This document shows, one piece after another, positions 46,891 to 54,279 of a DNA stretch of 54,279 nt. This DNA is from Candidatus Thorarchaeota archaeon (GTDB lineage: Archaea > Asgardarchaeota > Thorarchaeia > Thorarchaeales > Thorarchaeaceae), in contig JAWAQK010000009.1 of the NCBI GenBank assembly GCA_038893995.1, positions 1 to 54,279 of the forward strand, in the 5' to 3' direction. Under the pieces are notes generated by a model. It had not been told where the DNA came from. It was given only the letters and a program-made list of their open reading frames with translations, and did not search any database. The position numbers were made by a program, and so were the translations under genes. How positions within the stretch are numbered: position 1 is the first letter of the stretch; every line of letters begins with the position of its first letter.

Positions 46891-48410
46891 CTCACAAAAT
46901 ACTGTCTACGAATCCAGTTCAGGTCCCTTGAGAAGAGGTCTCTGATGTCATTGATGCCCATCGCAGCCATGTAGAGCCTTCCTGAACCAATACCCCATGC
47001 CAGGACAGGGTCGTGAATCCCCAGTGGGTAGGTGACCTCTGGTCTGAAGATTCCTCCCGGAGCGACCTCGATCCAACCGAGTACGTCGTGTTTAGCGTAG
47101 GTTTCGACACTGGGTTCCGTGAATGGAAACTGTCCGGGCTTGAACTTGACCTTCCGGACCCCGACTCTCCGACATATCTCAGATAGATATCCCATCAGGT
47201 CTCTCAGAGTCAGTCCACGGTCCAGAATTATCCCCTCACACTGGTCGAACTCCTGAGCGTGACGGGCATCCAGCGACTCAGCACGAAAATTCCGATCAAC
47301 GATAAACATCTTTTGCGGCGGGTCTCGGTGCTCCCATAGATACCTGACCGAGACAGCAGTCGTGTGGGCCCTCAGACAGAGCCTTGTCGCTACGTCCCTA
47401 CTGAATGCACTCTGCCAGCCAGTGGAGCCCGTTTCGAAGCCGTTCTCATGTGCAGCCTTGACAGCTCTGTAGTGCTTCTCATCGATTATGTCACCGTGGT
47501 CGTAGGGAGAGGCCACCTTGAACTGGTCCTGGACCTCCCTTGCAACATGGTCCTGTGGCACGAAGAGCGCGTCGTTGTTCCAGAACTCGGTCTCGACGTA
47601 TGGACCAAACCATTCTGTGAACCCCAGTCCGACAAGGACTTCTCTCAGCCAGTCGTTGAACTCAGCGTAGGGATGCTTTCTGCCCATATGCACGACGGGC
47701 GGTTCGATGTCGACGTTGTACGGCCTGAATCTCCTGCCCCTGTATCCTCCGCTCACTATCATCTCTGGTGTGAGATCGCCTATAGTCTCGTCCTCAAGTT
47801 TGATGAGCGTCTGGGCGACAGGTCTCATCTCATCAGGGATCCACGCCTCAAATCGCTTTACTGTGACCCGTTCGAGTAGTTTCCGGCTCAGGGCCTGTTC
47901 CACTGCCTGGCTGAGTTGTGGTGGTACCTCACCCGCACCTCTCAGGACAAGTGTCAGAACATCAGCCAGATCGGACCTGATCTGATCAGTCACTACACGA
48001 ACTGTCGTATGACCCTGCTCCTTAGTGATAGTCAGCCAGCCGTTCTTCCTTGCCCAGGAGATCGCTATTCCCCGTTCGCTATCTTTCAGACCTGCTTGTG
48101 TGGTTGCGGCATCAATGTCAGCTGTTCCGCCAAGCCTCGAGACAGCATCAAGCAGCCTGGCTTCTGGAAGTCCTCCCCTGGCATAGTCTTCACCCTCCGG
48201 TGTGAGTCTGAGAACATGTGATTCTTTCACCTCTAGTCGTATCAGAGACTTATCGGCCAGCAGGTTCAGTATGGATATGATACCATGTTCCCTCTCGCGG
48301 AGAGAGGCCGCAAGAGAGGCCGCGGTCATCCTATTGTCTGCCTCAAGAAGGCCTCTCAGTACCTTTCGCTCACCCTCGCTCAACTGGACCTGACTACTCA
48401 ATGTCAACAA
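46887..48410 (-). CDS. pheS: Phenylalanine--tRNA ligase alpha subunit (long archaeal/eukaryotic type)
   Basis: FWNNDALFVPQDHVAR, LRAHTT, FRAESLDARH, FPFTEPS and GIFRPE. Confidence 0.96.
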   Translation of the reverse strand: MLTLSSQVQLSEGERKVLRGLLEADNRMTAASLAASLREREHGIISILNLLADKSLIRLEVKESHVLRLTPEGEDYARGGLPEARLLDAVSRLGGTADIDAATTQAGLKDSERGIAISWARKNGWLTITKEQGHTTVRVVTDQIRSDLADVLTLVLRGAGEVPPQLSQAVEQALSRKLLERVTVKRFEAWIPDEMRPVAQTLIKLEDETIGDLTPEMIVSGGYRGRRFRPYNVDIEPPVVHMGRKHPYAEFNDWLREVLVGLGFTEWFGPYVETEFWNNDALFVPQDHVAREVQDQFKVASPYDHGDIIDEKHYRAVKAAHENGFETGSTGWQSAFSRDVATRLCLRAHTTAVSVRYLWEHRDPPQKMFIVDRNFRAESLDARHAQEFDQCEGIILDRGLTLRDLMGYLSEICRRVGVRKVKFKPGQFPFTEPSVETYAKHDVLGWIEVAPGGIFRPEVTYPLGIHDPVLAWGIGSGRLYMAAMGINDIRDLFSRDLNWIRRQYFVR

Positions 48411-48886
48411 CTCCTAGGCGTGACCCCTCGCGGGCGTCATGACGGATTCTCTGATTGAGTCGCCGTGAGAAAGAGCACCCTATCGTGCGTCGATAAATTG
48501 GCGGGGATCCATCCGTCCGTTCACCTGTGGAGTCGCTAACCTACGGACCGACCTTTTTAAGTTGTCGGCACGATAATCACAGAGGGTCGTCTCGACCGAC
48601 AAGGTCGCAAGGACACTTCCGACAGGTCCTGCCGCGTCATGGCATGACAGGGGCGGACCGAGGACGCCAGAATGAACTGATCGCTGCGAACAGACGTGGT
48701 GATCGTGTTGACGACAGCCAACATGTCTGTGTTGTCACCATGTTCCTCGAATGACGATTGCGGGTCACGAAGATTGACACCTGAGAACTGATAATTAGAA
48801 ACGACCCTCATTATGGCCCTTTGGGCGAAACAAAAGGATTAAGTCGGCTCTGTATGGAGCCGCGCTGTGCTGTGGAGGTGTTCACA

Positions 48887-49498
48887 GTGCCAGAGAAATA
48901 CAGCTTCAGGTGTTCAGAACAGGAATGCAGCAACAGGGTGTGCTGTACGCGAGAACACGTGAATGTGACGATCTCTGACCTTTCTAGATGGACGACTCAG
49001 GGATACCTCGAGAACATTATATATGGCCTCACGCTGGTGACCGACGACACCGTCTCGATCGAAACCATGAGGAAACCCCTGTCAAAGGATCCACAGAAGA
49101 CGGTATGCATCTTCTACGTGGAGGACTCCAATGCATGCTCCATCCGGTATTCTAGACCCATATCGTGCAGGACCTTTCCCCTGAACTACAATGGAGAGAA
49201 GTTCTACGTCAGTGACAAGGCGTGCCCCGGTATTGGAAAGGGCGAGGTGACACGCGAGGCACTCAAGGAACTCAGAGACCTCGCAGAGCAAGAATACCGG
49301 GAGCGAACAGAGACAGCATCCTCCCTTCCGCCCATCTATACCGTTGTCATGGCCCACGTCCTCAGGAGGTCTGCGGAGGCCATGCGCTCACTCTCCGAGG
49401 AGGACCGCAAGAAGGTAGAGGAGATACTGTCTAGGGGCAAGGCAACAACCAACGAAGAGCCCGGTCACGCCTCCGCGTCTGACGAGAGACCGATGTGA
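48887..49498 (+). CDS. YkgJ/CxxCxxCC family cysteine-cluster protein
   Basis: FRC...C...CC, CIFY, CSIRYSRPISCRTFP and CPGIG. SD GGAGGTG at 48874-48880 precedes GTG 48887. Confidence 0.87.
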   Translation: MPEKYSFRCSEQECSNRVCCTREHVNVTISDLSRWTTQGYLENIIYGLTLVTDDTVSIETMRKPLSKDPQKTVCIFYVEDSNACSIRYSRPISCRTFPLNYNGEKFYVSDKACPGIGKGEVTREALKELRDLAEQEYRERTETASSLPPIYTVVMAHVLRRSAEAMRSLSEEDRKKVEEILSRGKATTNEEPGHASASDERPM

Positions 49499-49516
49499 CA
49501 GTTCTCTAGGACTGAG

Positions 49517-49546
49517 GTTCGGGATGTCGCGGAGGTCGACCCGAAC
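49517..49546 (+). terminator. Inverted repeat downstream of the YkgJ-like gene (possible 3' stem-loop)
   Basis: GTTCGGG...CCCGAAC perfect 7-bp arms starting 18 nt after the stop. Function is inferred. Confidence 0.3.
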
Positions 49547-50197
49547 ATATATCACTATCAATAGCTTCGAGATGCCTGCTGGTAGAAGAGCTGTCAGGGG
49601 AGGCAAGAGACTGTCTTCACAGACAAGAGAAGCATCCTAGTTCCGACCACCAGCGCTGCGCTTCAATCTCTGACTGAGAGCAACTAACAAGTAGTGTCAC
49701 CAGTAACCTCGGGATCGATAGAGGCCCATCATTCGTCTCAGGGCATGTCATATTGGCCCGACCAGCCTCTACTAATACATGGATCTGGGACTCAGGCCGA
49801 ACCCATAGCTCCGACTGTCTAGCACTCGCGCCATCCTTCAGGACATCCAAACCAAGCCGAATACAGACGCACCCGAGCGCTCTCCCGAGGAAGATTCAGT
49901 CGCATTTGACGGCAAGACGGCTATCATCGATGGGCGCATCACTGTTAATCCAGAGCCTATCTCTCTCGGCAGGGGAGAGGTCATCCTGGAGGGCGGGCTC
50001 CAAGTCTCCCGTGTGAACGCCCTCCACCCTTCGTGACTGGCCTCACCAAGGAGCCCAGAGAGGAAGGGTATACGATGAGATAGTACCTCGTCCCGCAACA
50101 GATACGGACTCTGACCTAGAGTGAACTCTCCAACATCTCTTCCGTACCTACCAGGTATCTTCTCAGAAGATGTGCACGAGTACCTTTCAGGGGCCCC

Positions 50198-51334
50198 CTA
50201 ACGGCCAAGAACTGTCAGATCTCTCGATGTGAAAGTCAGGAGCTCGCAGTGGTTATCTCGGACACACACGAGGTCCTCTATCCTTACCCCAAACTGCCCT
50301 GGCAGATAGACACCGGGCTCGACGCTATGAGTCATGCCAGACTCGAGAGACATGGAGTTACCACTGACCAGGTAGGGCGGCTCGTGGACCTCTAGTCCGA
50401 CACCGTGACCGAGCCTATGTGTGAAGTAGGACCCGTAACCCGCGGAGCTGATCACAGTCCTGGCCAGTGAGTCGGCGTTCTCGCAGGTCAGGCCAGCCGA
50501 GAGCCTGGATAGCACGGTCTCCTGCGCTCTGAGTACGAGTGAGTACACAGACCTATGCCTATCGTCGGCCTCGCCGTAGAAGAACGTACGAGTCATGTCG
50601 GTGTTGTAACCGTCAACACTACACCCGCAGTCCAGCAGGACTGTGTCGCCCCGTCGCAGTCTTCTTCCACTGGGAACGGCATGCGGCTGAGCCGAGTCCT
50701 CTCCAAACTGCACGATGGAGAAGGTAGGAGTCGCATCAAGCCGTACAATCTCAGTCTGTATTGCGTGACTGAGCTCACGCTCAGAGATACCGGGATCAAT
50801 ATTGTGGACTGCATTGGAGATTGCCTCATCGATCACATGCCCGGCCCTCCTCATGGCGGCCAGTTCAGACTCGGACTTGTGGAGCCGCATCAGCGATAAC
50901 ACCTGACTGATTGAGCCGACATCCTCGATGCCAGGGTTCCGCTCTAGGAGGTTTCTGTAGACCCAGAGTGGCATGTTGTCATCAAAGCACGCACGGATAC
51001 TGCGGCGGGGTGTTTCCAGGACTTCGCGCACCAGATCCCAGGGTCCCGAGGCGTCTTCCCAGCCACGAACATCACGTATCCAGGTGGAGCTGGAAACAGT
51101 AGGCGCCTCAAAGGAGGGAACTATGAGTGCAGGGTCCCGATCGCGAGACATGACAAGTAGAACCAGTCGCTCTCGCATCTCACAGTTCGCACCGGACAGG
51201 TAGAAGAAGTTCGCCGATGGGGTTAGCAGTGCCACATCTGCCCCACGCTCCGCAAGGAAGTCGTTCACCTCTGTCGCACGTCTCTTGAACTCGGACTCCA
51301 CCAATCTCATTCGGCTCACAGAAGTCATCCTCAT
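50198..51334 (-). CDS. Xaa-Pro peptidase (M24B, PepQ-like)
   Basis: Creatinase-like N-domain, AQPH, LLDCG...TDMTRT, HRLGHGVGLEVHE, VEPG and GVRIED. Start uncertain. Confidence 0.94.
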   Translation of the reverse strand: MRMTSVSRMRLVESEFKRRATEVNDFLAERGADVALLTPSANFFYLSGANCEMRERLVLLVMSRDRDPALIVPSFEAPTVSSSTWIRDVRGWEDASGPWDLVREVLETPRRSIRACFDDNMPLWVYRNLLERNPGIEDVGSISQVLSLMRLHKSESELAAMRRAGHVIDEAISNAVHNIDPGISERELSHAIQTEIVRLDATPTFSIVQFGEDSAQPHAVPSGRRLRRGDTVLLDCGCSVDGYNTDMTRTFFYGEADDRHRSVYSLVLRAQETVLSRLSAGLTCENADSLARTVISSAGYGSYFTHRLGHGVGLEVHEPPYLVSGNSMSLESGMTHSVEPGVYLPGQFGVRIEDLVCVRDNHCELLTFTSRDLTVLGR

Positions 51335-51429
51335 GATTCGTCCAGATAATTGGTTCGGTGGCATAGTACCTAAGACTACAGTTAAATCTCACAGGTTGAG
51401 TCCGCTGCCGTCGGGCGAACCTCGACCGC

Positions 51430-52797
51430 ATGGATAATAAACAGACCAATAATGGCTCAACGATCCCACGGACTGCCTATCTTGCAGGCTCACTTGTGCA
51501 ATTTGCACTGGGACTACATGGGCCTTTCCTGAGCGCCTACGTCCGACAGATGGGGGCGAACTACGCAGAGCTCGGTGCCTTCCGCAGTGTCGGAAACATT
51601 GCGCCTACCATTCTCCAGCCTGTCTGGGGACCGGTCTCTGACCGCATTGGTCACAGGAAGGTATTCGTAGCATTTGGCACTCTTACGGGTCTTGTCACAG
51701 TTGCCCTATTCCTGTGGACATCAACTCCCACGGACATGATAGTCCTCTATGCGGTCCAGTCGATCCTCTTCAGCATTCAGACACCAGCCTGGACATCCCT
51801 CATAGGAGGGCTTGTGAGGGAGGACAGAAGGGGAATAGAGCTTGGAAGACTCGGTGTCGTCACCAATCTGGCATCGCTGTTGGCCACGATAGTGACAGGG
51901 GTATTGGCCGGGGCAACAGTGCTGGTGCCCCTGTTGAGGCAGGCTCTTGGCGATCTCGGCCCGGTGCTATTTCCCGTCCTGCCATCAGATCAGACCTGGA
52001 AGGACGCATACTACCTGCCCTTCTACCTTACGGCTGTGTTTGGCATTGCCGCCTCGTTGTTCGCCCTAGCGATCAAGGAGAAGACCCCTGCAAGAAAGGC
52101 GGCATCATTCCCACCAGTGCTGAAGCTGCTCTCAAGGCCGGGGGACTTTCGAAGATTCTGTGGCGCTGCTACCTTCTTCTCCTTCGGTATGTCAATGGCG
52201 TGGCCGTACTTCGTGGTGGTCCAGCTCGAATGGCTCGGCAATACACTGTTCGAGATAGCGGTCGCCTCTGCCTTAATGACCCTCACGACCGTCATTCTAT
52301 CAATTCCGTTCGGAAAGCTCAGTGACAGGATCGGGCGCAAACCGCTCATAATCATGGGTAGAGCCCTACTAGTGCTCGTTCCTCTACTCTACGCCCTTGT
52401 GCTGTTCGTTCCAAGCACGATGATGATCTATGTCAGCAACCTGGTTGCGGGAGTCGCAACTGCAGCATCAGGCAATGCCAGCGTGGCGTATGTATATGAT
52501 ATCTCTCCAGAGCACGAGAGAGGGTCTCACGTATCTGTGTACAATGTGTTCACCGGGTTCATATTTCTGCTAGGATCGTTCGTCGCAGGTATACTGGGGG
52601 ACTTGCTGCAACCCACAACGGGACCTGTTATGGCAGCGTTTGCCATGCTCATGCTCAGCTCTGTCTTGAGGGCCTTTGGCTCCATGGTATACACCACGAT
52701 TAGAGAGCCTCGCGAGTATACGTCGAGTCTTTGGCGAGAGGTAAATGGCATGCTCCACCGACGGAGGCATGACATGGATGGTCCCCCGCATGCGTGA
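51430..52797 (+). CDS. MFS transporter
   Basis: WGPVSDRIGHRK and FGKLSDRIGRK (motif A in both halves); about 12 TM helices. Confidence 0.92.
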   Translation: MDNKQTNNGSTIPRTAYLAGSLVQFALGLHGPFLSAYVRQMGANYAELGAFRSVGNIAPTILQPVWGPVSDRIGHRKVFVAFGTLTGLVTVALFLWTSTPTDMIVLYAVQSILFSIQTPAWTSLIGGLVREDRRGIELGRLGVVTNLASLLATIVTGVLAGATVLVPLLRQALGDLGPVLFPVLPSDQTWKDAYYLPFYLTAVFGIAASLFALAIKEKTPARKAASFPPVLKLLSRPGDFRRFCGAATFFSFGMSMAWPYFVVVQLEWLGNTLFEIAVASALMTLTTVILSIPFGKLSDRIGRKPLIIMGRALLVLVPLLYALVLFVPSTMMIYVSNLVAGVATAASGNASVAYVYDISPEHERGSHVSVYNVFTGFIFLLGSFVAGILGDLLQPTTGPVMAAFAMLMLSSVLRAFGSMVYTTIREPREYTSSLWREVNGMLHRRRHDMDGPPHA

Positions 52798-53076
52798 GAA
52801 GGACAGTCGATGAACGACAGACAATCGGAATCGTCCAGATGCGGATACGGTCGTCTGGGGAGGCCAGGACTACAGAAAGCCTTAATCGCGTTGATCGTAG
52901 GCAGGCGTCGAGGTTCAGATCAAGACTGCACTCGCGCATGGATGAATCTCAGCCCATTCAGAGAGATGCGGTACCAGAGATACGACGACTGAGTGTTGTA
53001 GTCGATCCGTGCGCGGACATAGCTGTGGTGCTAGTCGGCGCAGTCCTAATGTATACATGAGGTCAGGGTGCCGTTC

Positions 53077-53646
53077 ATGAGAGTGGACACAGTGTACTTT
53101 GAGGACGTGTCAACGGACCACACGTCCTCGGTAATCGAATACGTCCGCAGATTTCTAGATGCGGGTCCCTCTGTGAGGTCTATCGTTGTTGCGTCCACTA
53201 CGGGGACCACGGGCCTCAGATTTGCGAAGGCGTTTCCGGACAGGAGAGTCGTCGTCGTCTCGCACCAGTGCGGTTTCTCACATCCTGATGTGAATGAACT
53301 CAGCGACGAGAAGAGGACTGAGATCGAACGCAGTGGAGCCAGAGTATTGACTGCCACTCACGCATTTGCCGGGGTTGCGAGAGGCATTAGGAAGGCACTG
53401 GGCACCTGGACCGAACCCGAGCTGCTTGCACTGGCCTATAGGACGCTGGGTCAGGGCACGAAGGTCTGTGCTGAGATATCCATGATGGCGGCGGATGCCG
53501 GCCTGGTGTCCGTATCCGAGGACATTGTGGCAGTCGGGGGCACGGGGAGGGGTGCAGACACAGCGTGGGTCATCAGACCGGCATACACGAGTTCGTTCGC
53601 CGAACTCAAGATGAGAGCATGCATATGCAAGCCACTCGAATTCTAG
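53077..53646 (+). CDS. Stand-alone pyruvate-kinase C-terminal-like domain protein (COG1751-type)
   Basis: IVVASTTGTTG, LGQGTKVCAEISMMAADAG and AVGGTGRGADTA. Confidence 0.87.
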   Translation: MRVDTVYFEDVSTDHTSSVIEYVRRFLDAGPSVRSIVVASTTGTTGLRFAKAFPDRRVVVVSHQCGFSHPDVNELSDEKRTEIERSGARVLTATHAFAGVARGIRKALGTWTEPELLALAYRTLGQGTKVCAEISMMAADAGLVSVSEDIVAVGGTGRGADTAWVIRPAYTSSFAELKMRACICKPLEF

Positions 53647-54278
53647 CGGAAGATCTGATCAAACTGCTCGAGATATTTCCGCTGCTCGTCGTTGAGCTTC
53701 TTGGGCACCTGGATAGAGACCCGGACAAGCTGGTCTCCCTGACGCCCATCGTCAGTATGGACTCCCTTTCCCTTCATGCGGAAGAGAGCACCTCCCTCAG
53801 TTCCCGGAGGCACTCGGATCTTTGATGGGCCCCACATGGTCGGGACCTCCACCTCTCCCCCAAGCACCGCAACTGAGAAGGGAATATCAGTCTCCAAGTA
53901 GACGTGGAGTCCCCTCCTGACGAACTTTTCATGGTTCCGGACATTGAAGACTATGATCAGGTCGCCATACGGACCTCCCCTTGGACCGGCATTGCCACCT
54001 CCGCGGATCCTCTGAGCCATTCCATCCTCTACACCTGCAGGGACAGGGATCTTGAGCTGCCTTTTCTCTGTTTCAACTCCGGTCCCGTTGCACTTGGGAC
54101 AGGGCGTATCGATCATCTCGCCCATGCCCATACATGTCGGACAGGTCTGCGATACGGACATGAATCCCATGGAACGGAACACCTGTCCCCTACCACCACA
54201 GGTCTTACACCTCTTCGGAGTCGTACCGGGCTTGGCACCAGACCCCCTACAACTGGTACAGGTGACCTTCCTCTTGAA
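53643..54278 (-). CDS. dnaJ: Chaperone DnaJ, zinc-finger and C-terminal part (start beyond the right edge)
   Basis: Manual extension gives four CxxCxGxG repeats (CTSCRGSG, CKTCGGRG, CPTCMGMG, CPKCNGTG), then IPVPAGVEDG, GDL and AVLGGEVEVPT. Confidence 0.95.
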   Translation of the reverse strand, partial: FKRKVTCTSCRGSGAKPGTTPKRCKTCGGRGQVFRSMGFMSVSQTCPTCMGMGEMIDTPCPKCNGTGVETEKRQLKIPVPAGVEDGMAQRIRGGGNAGPRGGPYGDLIIVFNVRNHEKFVRRGLHVYLETDIPFSVAVLGGEVEVPTMWGPSKIRVPPGTEGGALFRMKGKGVHTDDGRQGDQLVRVSIQVPKKLNDEQRKYLEQFDQIFR

Positions 54279-54279
54279 C

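Noticed and set aside
48439-48470. SECIS-like ATGA...TGA stem on the plus strand
   Set aside because: The core pairing is non-canonical, there is no apical AAR, and no selenoprotein candidate lies upstream on that strand.
53077-53646. Pyruvate kinase
   Set aside because: Only the C-terminal-like domain is present and there is no catalytic barrel; this is a known stand-alone family.
1-54279. tRNA, rRNA, IS or integrase
   Set aside because: No T-loop or cloverleaf, rRNA-like stretch, transposase or recombinase recognised by eye. tRNAscan-SE and Infernal would be needed to exclude them fully.
1-54279. Selenocysteine or pyrrolysine read-through genes
   Set aside because: Recognised genes end at family-typical positions with TGA or TAG, and I found no conserved domain continuing in frame past a stop.

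Overview
Gene-dense archaeal chromosomal window. The gene content points to an Asgard archaeon, plausibly Thorarchaeia (inference only): archaeal housekeeping genes (radA, top6A/top6B, aRF1, archaeal-type pheS/pheT, cofE, geranylgeranyl reductase) occur with eukaryotic-signature-type genes (three Roadblock/LC7 genes, one double-domain and one DYNLRB-like, two Rab-like small GTPases, a PH-like/zinc-ribbon protein and a TPR/zinc-ribbon protein). About 48 CDS run from a partial glmS at the left edge to a partial dnaJ at the right edge. I saw no rRNA, tRNA, CRISPR array or mobile element. The most notable observations are five. (1) A CRISPR-less Cas4-like Fe-S nuclease appears split into two genes, each half with its own transmembrane helix. 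(2) A Topo VI-A/Spo11 homologue carries a ~360-aa N-terminal extension with two RadA/Rad51-N-like HhH domains. (3) A membrane-anchored subtilase has the architecture of eukaryotic Site-1 protease (SKI-1/MBTPS1) and lies head-to-head with a CPBP intramembrane protease. (4) Two paralogous Rab-like GTPases are clustered with CBS, coiled-coil and membrane protein genes. (5) An SCP2/FAD-oxidoreductase/CCG Fe-S operon is present. All family calls come from recognising motifs by eye; no database searches were run.
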